NCBI GenBank assembly: GCA_964247055.1
Contig: OZ176056.1
Location: forward strand, 3,534,001 to 3,598,000
Direction of reading: 5' to 3'
Source of the DNA: Paragordius varius
Lineage: Eukaryota > Animalia > Nematomorpha
DNA: 64,000 nucleotides
Positions within the stretch are counted from its first letter, which is position 1. The number at the start of each line of letters is the position of its first letter. The translations under genes were made by a program, and so were the position numbers. The notes under the pieces were generated by a model. It saw only the letters and a list, made by a program, of their open reading frames with translations, was not told the origin of the DNA and searched no databases. Below, in pieces: positions 51,501-62,918 of the stretch.

Positions 51501-54500
51501 TAGTTCCTCAAGTTACTGGAGCCTTGGCTGGAGGTGCCGCGGCTTCACAAGAGGTCGCCTCTGTCGCTGGACAATTGGTAACAGGCACTCAAGATGCTTC
51601 ATTAGCCCAACCAGGTAGATAAATGTCAAAAACTACATTTTAGGTTCAAATTATGATAAATTTGACGGTTCCCTAATTGTTTTATCGGTTATTTTTAAAT
51701 AACACCTTATCTAACAATTATGTATATATAATATTTAAATTTTAAAATAAAAAGTCATGCTTCAAATTTACTAAGCAAAAATATTAATGATGTAAACAGT
51801 AATTTTTGAATTCAATGACTGGTAATGACAGTGAATTACCGGAATTTAAAAATGGATTTCAGCTCCACTTTTTGCGGTTCCGAATTTCAATCCCAAAACT
51901 CAAAAATCACTAAGATATTATTATTATTATTATTATATTTACAAATAAAATATAAAAGCATACTTAAAATATATTTTTGAAAGGTATATCCGCATCAACT
52001 AGCGAAGTCACCCATCCTGAATGTATGAAATTATTTTCTACATTATTTATTTTCTATATTAATTATATATTTAGTGGTTTCTCCAACCCAGGGGGATTCT
52101 GTTGCAAGTAAAAAAGCTAAAATTAGTTGAAAACGAATCTATCATTACATAGGTCCTGATGTCGAACCTTCAACACCTCAATCTCAAGGTAATATATAAA
52201 TATTTAATAAACTTATATATACAACCATTGGCTGAATTTTAAAGCATATACCATAATCCTAAGTGCTCACAATCACCCGCCATTTGAAATATACTATTTA
52301 CAGTTAAAATTCACCCTTTAACAATTCAAATTTACCCTTGAACAATTCAAATTCACCCTCGAATTCATATATACCCCAAAATAAATTAGGTGTTTTTTAA
52401 GATTAAAAAAATATTTTATTTTATAATATTTTTAAAATATGAAATTCTGTCTAAACTTAATATAATGTTGAAACAATAATAATATGTCGTAAAAATATAA
52501 TTCATATTAATGATGAGTTATTTTATCCCGAAAACACCATAAAATGGTATATATTTGAGGAATATTTTATTAGAGTTAAGGCTGTAAAATGCGAACACAA
52601 TGTAAGAGTTTTTCCAGTTTTCCATATGAGTAGACATAATCAGAAAACTTGTTTAAGAAATATTAAATTTCCTATGATTTTGTTGAGTATATTTAAAAAA
52701 AATTCAGATTTCCAAGAGCCGTATGTTGCACACTCCTTCCTTAAACCATAAGAATCAAGGCACCATTTATATAGTGTAATGTTTAGGGTCAAAAATGTAG
52801 TTTTAGTAAGTGGGATGCAAGCTTTTTGAGTAAAATTTGGAGCAAAACATATTTGGAGATTGTAATAAAAGGTTTAATAATGTTTTTTATGAAATCATAT
52901 ATTTATATTTCTCCATCTTGAGGATCTAGGAATAGAAAAAGATAGCTTGAGAAACTAATAAGTGTAACTATTATTATAGTTAAGTTTACATCTCCCCCTT
53001 ATAGTTGCATAAAAGACAAATAAACTTAAAAAACGGATTTTAGCAGTGGGATGTTTTAACGAATTTATGTATGAATCAAAATTTTACACACTGCAAGCAT
53101 TTTTAAGTAAAATTTGGGGCAAAACATATTTCGAGTTTATTTGTAGTAAAAGTTTTAATAATGTTTTTTATGAATGCATATATTTATATTTCATCACGAG
53201 GATCTAGGAATAGAAAAACATAGATTGAGAAACTAAGTGTAAATATTACTTATAATTAAGTTTAGATCTCCCCTTTATAAATGCCGAAGCTTATTGAAAC
53301 ACAAACTTATAAATGCATATTAATATTATCTATTGATATGCGTTGATAATTTAATAATTTTAGAGCAAATATTGAAAAATAATTTAAAATAATTTTTTAC
53401 ACCATAAAAGGAATTCATTTTTTTATTTTTTGAATATTCAATGGATCTAAATATAAGATTTTAATGTTTGGTTTTTCAATTAAATAAGTTTATGATCTAA
53501 TTTAGGAGAAAAAATGCACTTTTTTCATTCAAAATTATATGTTAACATTGAATAACAATTGTCTTTGTAGACTCAAAACCGGTGGTACTCACCAAAAAAA
53601 ATTTGACGGGCCAAATAAAATATATTTTTTTTCGTGGGCCATGAACCTATAATAAAAATTCTATAGCTATTTGACACATATGCACATATTTATACTCTAA
53701 ATAGCACAATGTGCGGATCGCATCTAAATCCCAACTCGTTTTGCATTATTTAGCTTAAAAAATCAATTTTTTTTGATAACAACATTTATTTTGATATTAA
53801 CCATTATTGACAAATTTGGTTTGGCCTCATGATAGGCCAATCTTAATACGTGGTCCATATAATTATCGGCTAAGCGATTTCGGTTGTGTTCTTGAACTTC
53901 ATTTTTGAATATGCTCTCACACGTGTAAGTTGAGGGAAAAAAGGACAACCTGAGCACGTTTTTTATATTTTCATATTTATTTGGCACATCTTGCCAAAAC
54001 TCTACATATCTTTCTACTCTACGATTCTCCTTGAATATAGCCTCCAAATTGAAATCATTTTTAAAATTTAAGTTCAATGATATGCGCCTGATCAAAATAA
54101 AAATGCTCTAGTTGCCTAATATTGGATATATCTATATGCCATGAATTTTTAATCTCAGCGGTAAATTACATATTATCTTCATGATTCGTTTTAAGTGTGG
54201 GGAAAAATAGGAGTGTTTTATTTATAAAATCTTTTTTATATCAAAAGAATATTAGATTAGCAAATTAGATTATTATCTTCCTTAAAGACTTGTATTAAAA
54301 ATACTAAGTTTACAAGTAATGTCGCAAAGGTAGGCTAATAAAACCCACCATTTGTCACTATTAATTTTCTCGTCAAACTATATGTTATCTTTTATAAATA
54401 ATACTATTTCATGTCTAAAAACAGAAAATTTAGGATCTTATTGTTATTATATTAATAAAATATTAAAACAATACTTAAAATATATTTTTAATAGGTCCAT

Positions 54501-57500
54501 CCGCATCAACTAGCGAAGGCACCCATTCTGAATGTATGAAATTATTTTCTATATAAATTATATTCTTAGTACTTTCTCCAACCCAGGGGGATGCTGTTGC
54601 AAGTAAAAAGGCTAAAATTAGTTGAAAACATATCTATCATTACATAGGTCCTGATGTCGAACCTTCAACACCTCAATCTCAAGGTAACATAAAAATTTAT
54701 GATAAACTTAATTAATAATACATATATTGGCTGAATTTTTAAAGCTTATAATTTGAGCTAGGGTGTCAAACACAAATTTGTCATGCCGATTAAAATATAT
54801 ATGAGCAATATTTTATTACAATTAAGACTGTAAAATGCAAATATAGTTCGTTCGAGTGTGTTTCCATATGAGTGGACGTAATCAGAAAACTTGTTAAAGA
54901 ATACAAATTTACTAAGATTTAGTTGAGTATATTTAAGGAAATTTCGGATTTCCAATTTTTTGCGAGCCGGATGTTGAACACTCCTTCTTTAAACCATCAG
55001 ATATATAACATCAAGGCATAATTATTATATAGTGTAAAGTTTAGGGTCAAAAATGTAGTTTTAGCAGTGGGATGCAAGCTTTTTGAGTAAAATTTGGAGC
55101 AAAGCATATTTCGAGTTTAATTGTAATAAAAGTTTTTAAATTTTTTTAATGAAATCATATATTTATATTTATCCATCTTGAGGATCTAGGAATATAAATA
55201 GTAGGAACTAATTAGTGTAAGTGTAATTATTATTATAGTTAAATTTACATCCCCCATTATAGTTGCATAAAAGACAAATAAACTTAAAAAACTGATTTTA
55301 GCAGTGGGATGTTTTAACAAATGTATGAATCAAAATTTTTACACATTGCAAGCATTTTTAAGTAAAATTTGGGGCAAAACATATTTCGAGTTTATTTATA
55401 GTAAAAGTTTTAATAATGTTTTTTTATGAATGCATATATTTATATTTCACCATCACGAGGATCTAGGAAAGGAAGATAGCTTGAGAAACTAAGTGTAAAT
55501 ATTACTAATTAAGTTTATATCTCCCCTTTATAAATGCCCAAGATTATTGAAACACAAACTTATAAATGCAATTTAATATTATCTATTGATGTGCCTTGAT
55601 AATTTAATAAATTTAGAGCGAATATTGTAAAATAATTGACTGATTAAAATAATTTTTTTACACCATGAAAGTATTTTATTTTTTTTATTTTTTGAATATT
55701 CAATGGATCTAAATATAAGATTTTAATGTTTGGTTTTCAATTCCAATTTAGGAGAAAAATTCACTTTTTCCATTCAAAATTATATGTTAACAATGAATAA
55801 CAATTGAGCTCTCTGTAGACTAAACCCCGGTGGTACTCACCAAAAAAATTTGACGGGCCAAATAAAATATATATATTTTTCGAGGGCCATGAACCTATAA
55901 TGAAAATTCTATAGCTATTTGACACATATGCACATATTTATACTCTAAATAGCACAATGTGCGGATCGCATCTAAATCCCAACTCGTTTTGCACCAATTA
56001 GTTTAAAAAATCAATTTTTTTTGATAACAACATTTATTTTGATATTAACCATTATTGACAAATTTGGTTTGGCCTCATGATAGGCCAATCTTAATACGTG
56101 GTCCATATAATTATCGGCTAAGCGATTTCGGTTGTGTTCTTGAACTTAATTTTTGAATATCACACGGTAAGTTGGGGGAAAAAAGGACAACTTGAGCACG
56201 TTTTTTATATTTTCATATTTATTTGGCACATCTTGCCAAAACTCTACATTTCTTCTCTACGATTCTCCTTGAATATAGCCTCCAAATTGGAATCATTTTT
56301 AAAATTTAAGTTCAATGATATGCGCCTGATCAAAATAAAAATGCTCTAGTTGCCTAATATTGGATATATCCATATGCCATGAATTTTCAACGAGTTATAA
56401 CCTAAATATTTCTTAATTCTTGAAATCTAAATTTCATCTCATTAGATAAAAATGTTAAATGATTCTCTATTATTAAATTAATCTCAGCGTAAATTACATA
56501 TTTTCTTCACGATTCGTTTTAAGTGTTGGAATAAGAGTGTTTTATTTATAAAATCTTTTATATATCAAAAGATTATTAGATTAGCAAATTAGATTATTAT
56601 TTTGCTCCCTTAAAGACTTGTATTAAAAATATTAAGTTTACAAGTTATGTCGCAAAGGTAGGCTATTAAAACCCACCATTTGTCACTATTAATTTTCTCG
56701 TCAAACTATATGTTGTTATCTTTTATAAATAATAGAATTTCATGTCTAAAAAAAAAATTTAAGATAATATTGTTATTATATTTACAAATAAAATATAAAA
56801 CCATACTTAAAATATATTTTTAATAGGTCCATCCGCATCAACTAGCGAAGGCACCCATTCTGAATGTATGAAATTATTTTCTATATAAATTATATTCTTA
56901 GTACTTTCTCCAACCCAGGGGGATGCTGTTGCAAGTAAAAAGGCTAAAATTAGTTGAAAACATATCTATCATTACATAGGTCCTGATGTCGAACCTTCAA
57001 CACCTCAATCTCAAGGTAACATAAAAATATTTGATAAACTTAACTTAATATTACATACATTGGCTTTTTTAATGCTTATAATTTGAACTATAGTGTCGAA
57101 CACAAATTTTTCATGCCGATTAAAATATATATGAGCATTATTTTATTAGAATTAAGACTGTAAAATGCGAACACAATGTAAAAGTTTTTTCCAGTGTGTT
57201 TCCATATGAGTAGACATAATTGGAAAACTTTGAGAAACATTAAATTATCCAAGCTTGTGAGCATAATTTAGGATTTCCAATTTTTTGCGAGCCGCATGTT
57301 GGACACTCCTTCTTAAACCATAAGATTTATAACATCAAAGCATAAGTTATATAGTGTAAAGTTTAGAGTCAAAAGTGTAGTTTTTTAATATGTTTTTTTG
57401 AATGGAGACACTCTTCAGCTTTCATGGTGCGAAAATTTGGGGTCACTTTGCATAAAAGACAAATAAGCTTAAAACATTGATTTTAGCGGTGGTATGTTTT

Positions 57501-60500
57501 AAAGAATTTATATATGAATCAAAATTTTTACACACTGCAAGCTTTTTGAGTAAAATTTAGAGCAAAACATATTTCGAGTTTATTTGTAATAAAAGTTTTA
57601 ATAATGTTTTTTAAACGATGATCTAACCGGTAGATTACATGTTTTGAATAGAATAAAAAGTAGCTAGAAAATTTAAGCCTAACTATTACTATAGTTAAGT
57701 TTACATTTTCCCTTTATAAATGCCGAACCTTATTGAAACACAAATCTGAAATGTATGTTATTTAATATTATCTATTGATGTGTCTTATTAATGATTTTAG
57801 GAGGGAATATGGAAAAATAATTGACTGATTTAAATTTACAGCAGGAAAATCATTTTTCTATTTTTTTTGAATAGTCAATGGATTAAATAAGTTATTATTT
57901 TGTTTTCCAATAAATAAGTTTATCATCCAATTTAGGAGAAAAAATGCACTTTTTTCATTCAAAATTATATGTTAGCATTGTGTAAAAACAATTGAGCTTT
58001 CTGTAGACTCCAAACTGTCAAAACGATTTTATCAAAACTATATTTACTATAATTATTCTTAAACGGAACGATTACGTTCGGAGTTAAAAGGAAAATTTAT
58101 AGGTGGAAGCTAAAGCTGAAAAATACAAAGAATTAGGAATTGCCCCAACCAATTCCTGTATTAATCATCGAAAATTGTTATGTTTAACTACTCTATGATG
58201 TTAATGATTTAAGTTCGAAACCCAACACAGAAAGTTTTGGGGTAATTTTAAAATATATATAATTCTCCAAAATATATCAGCACAGCTGAAATCTCAGTTA
58301 ACCTAATGCAACGTAATCCCTATGTTCGGCTTCCAAAAGTTAAGCCTTTCTAACTTCAAATTTTAGATATAAGGCATTTTTTAATTCAAATTAGTAATGT
58401 AGGCATAAAAGCATTTAGAAAAATTTCTATATATTTGAGATTTTTTGATAATATGCGGGACTTATTCATATTTTTTTAAAATATTTGATACATAGACGCT
58501 CTTTCTCCCTCTATGGAAGATATATCAGAGCCAGGAGGTTTTAAAAATTTTAACCATGTATATTATGTTTTAAAGTAGATATAAGACCAGGTAATACAAA
58601 ATATATTATTATAAAAAAAATATTTTATATACATATGGAGTGATCACTATCAAAGTTTAAAACAGATATGGGAACATATATTGTGGTTTCCCGGTAGAGA
58701 ATGGATATGCAATGCAATATATTCTAATTATCATCACTCGATATAACCTAAATATTTAAAATACGGGTTTATGTTGGAGACATATGTAAAAGTTAATCAA
58801 ACTGTCATAAAATTTTTTGTATATAATTTTTGAGTTTCTAAAAACCTATAAAATACCTATTATGAGACCAAAATAATAGCAGAACACATTATCATTCTTT
58901 GATTTAGAAGAATTTAATTATGCTGTGGATTTATAACTATATCCAATCATTGCTAAACCAAAATGTGTTTCCGAGTTCTGTTTTAACCATATAAAGGCTT
59001 AAGTTAAGACACAAATAAATTTATAAACCATTTATATTAGGATCTGAAGTTAGTCAAGGTAAGTACACTTTTTCTTAATATAATAATCCACATATATTGA
59101 GAAAATGTGGATTTATATATTTTAATATCCTATTAAGCTGGTCCATCGACATCCAACGCAGAAGGTTTAAGAAACCAAGTTTTTGCATCCTCATACTTTA
59201 TAGATACAGTAATTGTTATTTTTTAATATCAAGAATTTTTTTTAATCTATGTGGCATTTTTTTATCCCTTGAAAAGTTGTTTTACAAGCATATAAAAAAT
59301 AACATTTACATATAAATTTAAATGTACTTACATGTCCCTTTTCGGTACACATATATGAGAGATACATTACATTGCAATATGTTCCCCTTCTCGCTACATA
59401 TCCTATTAGAGAAATGGTAACATTGCATATGTGTGTGCCTACTTCGATAAAAAATTAGGTTTGATATATCATTTTTTTATAAAATTAGGTATTAATCGGT
59501 ATGTTATGTGTTCTGCATACTTTAGGTGATATAGTGTTTTCAAAAAAACTCAGCAAAATCAAATCAATATTTAAATTTGTATAATACAAGTTTTATTACG
59601 CACATAAGCGATTTATATGTTAATTTCAAAAATATTTTTTTATAGTCTTATATGATATCAGTTATGATTTTCTGAAATATTTTTTAATTAATTGATAAAA
59701 ACTTAATTTTTTATAAAAAAATATATATAAAACCTAAAAAATTATTTAATATCACCTAAAATTAGTTAAACTAAGAAATGTCGACGAAAAATGGTAAAAT
59801 AATATCATTTATAATTATTTTACAAGTGGTAATTTATTTAAGCAAATATTTTTGACAATTTTTTTGGTGTGCTCATAATACTTAAGAAAATGAATGTGCT
59901 GAATATATCAAAAATTTGAGTTAAATCAATTCTTCCACATTGAAATGGCATCTTGCCTGACTTTTTTTGATCTCTGGAGTCTGGGTTATTAATGTGTTCC
60001 CATAGTTTGAATCTAATGTAGATGGCAAACTTACATCTATATTAAATTGATAAAAACTTAATATTTTATACAAAAAATTATATATCAAACTTATAAATTA
60101 ATAATCAAAGTATGCAGAACACATAACATACTGATTAATACCTAATTTTATAAAAAAATGATATATCAAACCTAATTTTTTATCGAAGTAGGCACAACAC
60201 ATATGCAATGTTACCATTTCTCTAATAGGATATGTAGCGAGAAGGGGAACATATTGCAATGTAATGTATCTCTCATATATGGGTACCGAAAAGGGACTTG
60301 TAAGTACATTTAAATATATATGTAAATGTTATTTTTTATATGCTTGTAAAACAACTTTTCAAGGGATAAAAAAATGCCACACAGATTAAAAAAAAAATTC
60401 TTGATATTAAAAAATAACAATTACTGTAATTAAATGGATTAAAAATGGTCATAACTAAATATAAGTTTTAAACTGTCAAATGCATAACATGTACTTTTAA

Positions 60501-62918
60501 AAGAGGAATATAGATGCGACCAAAAAGTGATAAACAGCTGGTTTTAATTCAAATATGGAATAAAAGAATAAGATTATCTTCAAAAGCTCTTATAAAAAAT
60601 ATTGATAAAAGTCTTTTTTGGGCTAAATCTTAACAGGATATTATTTCTAAAGTAACCATTAAAAAAACTTAAACTGTTGATCTGCCTTTTTTATATATAT
60701 GTTTGACCATTTTTTCAAACATAGAAAAATGGTGTATAGTAATTTTCGATATAAATTTAATATGATATAATGATTTTTGAATTAACAATTTTTTATATTA
60801 ATTTATACATTACCAATTAATATAAAAGCTGATACCGTTAATCCAATCGAAGGCACAGAAACACAAAATTTTCAAGGAATCCGAAGTATGTTTCTTAAGA
60901 TTTTTTTGAATTGGATATGGATAACTTTAAATTATAACTTGCTTAGGTGAATTGGGGACAACAGGTTGATAAACGATTTTATTTATAAATTAAAAAACTT
61001 ATATATATTATATATATATACAGTCAGAAGCTTGGCTAGATATCGTAATTTTAATTTAAATTTCCATTCAAAAACCATGATATTATTATATATAATATTA
61101 TTCAGAGGGAAGAACTCTGAGTTTTGGTATATTTCAATATCTTTAATATCTTGATAGCAGAGATTGGAAACGCTTTATTTATTTTTTCAAAATGCGGCCC
61201 ACAAAGTTATTTGTGTTGAGCAGTCCTGAATTATTTATATAAAATAAAATAAGGTTCTACATTGTATATTAAAGCTTACAAAATTCTTTTTTTTTTGGAA
61301 CCGTGTTAGAACCGCAACTCCATTTTCAATTTTAACTGAAACTATTATATTTGAATATTTGGGGTCAAAAAACTCCCCATATATCGTTTCCAATTTTATG
61401 CTATTAACAATAAAATTTTTTAATAAATGTATTTATTTATACGTATTCATTTTTATTTAGGAGCCCAAATACTTCATGAATGTAAATTTTAGAGTTTTAA
61501 CTTTTAATGCTTCCTTTTTCTTTCTATAGCTGCCGAAAATATTGAAACATGTAAATATTATTAACTTTTATATGGCAATATTTGTATTTAATAAATTATT
61601 TTAGCAATTCACAGCATTCGTGGAGGTATTTAGCCTTTTTAATCAGTATATTATATTTATAGTCCTTAACACAAGTATAATATATAAAATCAATCGTTAT
61701 TAATCATTTTTTTAATTAAATTTAAATTAAATATGATAGGAGGCACATCATTACAAATCGCTGCAAGTTAAATGATATTTAATTAACAAAAAAATAATTT
61801 TAACTATTTTCTAGGAGCTAGAGGTATATTTATAATGTAAAGCAAAAACTCTCATAGGCTTTATACCCAGTAGAATTAGAAAATTAAACTTTAGATTTGA
61901 AAAGCGATATCCAGGAAGCGATGAATCATTTACAAGGTGGTTGCTAAATTTAAAAACTATTTTTAAATGACATTTTTAAATTTGTTTTAATTTCAATTTG
62001 TGTTTTACGATGAAAAAAACAATAGATTTACAAAATGAAGTCGAAAGTATGGTCATTTTTTATGAAATTTAACAAAATTATTTTTCAAAAAGGAATGGAA
62101 TTTCGCTTGAATGGTATTCCATTTTATTAACCTCTTTTATATATGCAAATATCTGTAAATTTTATAATTAGCATCGTTTAGATAAGAGCCATATTAATAG
62201 TTTAAAAGTTTTTTACAGGTTAATAGCAAAAAAATTTTTTTGCTTCTGGACTAAATTATATTTGTTTTGCATAATTTAAGCAGGATTCACAAATTTATTG
62301 ATCAATAGAATTAATCCGTTATTAAAACTGTTCAAAGGCAGTGATACTTTAATAATAAAACAACTTAAGACTTGCATTAATATTGATATAACAATTTCAA
62401 ACGATAAAATATCAAATGTAAATTTACTATATTATACAGTATCTGTTTATTTTTATATAATATAGATTTAAGTAGAGTTGATATAAGTAATATTTTCCAT
62501 CATCGCAATATAATTTGATTATTGACTATCAAATTTTATTTATATATATAATTTCTACATAGTGTCAAACCAAGAGTTGCAAGGTATTTTGGGCTTTTAC
62601 TAAAAGATATTAAAATAAAATAAATTGAATTTTTAACATTGTAAGCTCTTTATTTCATTTGAAACACACTTAAAAAAGGGATCGGGATTAAGCATGAATG
62701 TATTACAGGTCTAAGGGGTCATATGAAGATGTTTAATTACATAATCGCAATGGTTTACCTTTTTATATTACGACTCATGAAAAAAATTACAGTTTAAACA
62801 CTTTATAAATGATGTCATAAAAAAGGCATTCTACCTTATATAGATTAAAATGTCATTTTTTTATTGAAATTTATAGGAGCTCTTTCGGATGCCATCCTAG
62901 ATACCGAAGTGGAAACTG
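48555..62918 (+). CDS. Putative secreted or surface protein encoded by a micro-exon gene (signal-peptide exon plus ~31 symmetric phase-1 exons), at least ~362 aa, no recognised homology
   Basis: Exons: 48555-48657 (MPKIIYLMALSICLFQSVTC-TPRFRDMDKDKHQD), 48735-48764, 48805-48822, 49452-49496, 50374-50385, 50515-50538, 50595-50615, 50689-50715, 51504-51614, 51984-52022, 52075-52107, 52153-52188, 54495-54533, 54570-54602, 54648-54683, 56827-56865, 56902-56934, 56980-57015, 58496-58537, 58579-58590, 59041-59058, 60829-60885, 60947-60964, 61024-61044, 61461-61481, 61530-61550, 61605-61625, 61740-61766, 61815-61823, 61895-61936, 62563-62583, 62877-62918. Each is AG..GT-bounded, GC-richer than its flanks, a multiple of 3 nt and stop-free in phase 1. 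Possible extra exons 58286-58312 and 61663-61674. Candidate terminal exon 62968-62984 (DRVEY*) or from 63003. Confidence 0.75.
51155..51492. mobile_element. MITE with 21-bp tandem-repeat arms, ending ~11 nt before a micro-exon acceptor
   Basis: TATATACCATTTACAG..(CACCCTTGAACAATTCAAATT)n at left; inverted copies ending ..GTAAATGATATATA at right. Confidence 0.8.
53750..54140 (-). pseudogene. hAT (SPIN/GTF2IRD2-like) transposase C-terminal dimerisation-domain relic
   Basis: ORF 53763..54095: EFWQDVPNKYENIKNVLRLSFFPSTYTCESIF..RNRLADNYMDHVLRLA matches the hAT C-terminal FW..KYP.L...STY.CE..FS..R.RL.D..L...LRL pattern. Confidence 0.8.
55980..56380 (-). pseudogene. Second copy of the hAT transposase relic, created by the tandem duplication and further deleted
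   Basis: Near-identical to 53750-54140 with small deletions (gctctcacacgtgtaag versus cacacggtaag). Confidence 0.8.
59207..60426. mobile_element. Young Tc1/mariner-type non-autonomous element with ~320-bp near-perfect TIRs and TA flanks
   Basis: TA-CAGTAATTGTTATTTTTTAATATCAAG... and ...CTTGATATTAAAAAATAACAATTACTG-TA. Arms ~59207-59523 and ~60107-60426 differ at only a handful of positions by eye. Confidence 0.9.

Larger units (their letters stand above)
51930..58015 (+). repeat. Intragenic tandem triplication (units ~51930-54440, ~54440-56770, and truncated ~56770-58015)
   Basis: ccgcatcaactagcgaag begins at 51990, 54501 and 56833. Intron sequence, an hAT MITE, an internal ~280-bp doublet and an hAT transposase relic are co-duplicated. 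Confidence 0.95.

Noticed and set aside
58100-58200. Acceptor at ~58103 followed by GTGGAAGCTAA as a micro-exon or terminal exon
   Set aside because: Gives GGS* in phase 1 and would truncate the gene before many well-formed downstream exons; could be an alternative end but unsupported.
61106-61127. Candidate micro-exon AGGGGAAGAACTCTGAGTTTTG between good AG and GT sites
   Set aside because: 22 nt (or 20 nt from the next AG) breaks phase 1. The 20-nt option would end the protein at ..RYREEL*, a KDEL-like end, which is intriguing but unsupported without transcripts; left out of the model.
61858-61869. Candidate 12-nt micro-exon (GFIP)
   Set aside because: Would need a 25-nt downstream intron, shorter than any other inferred here.
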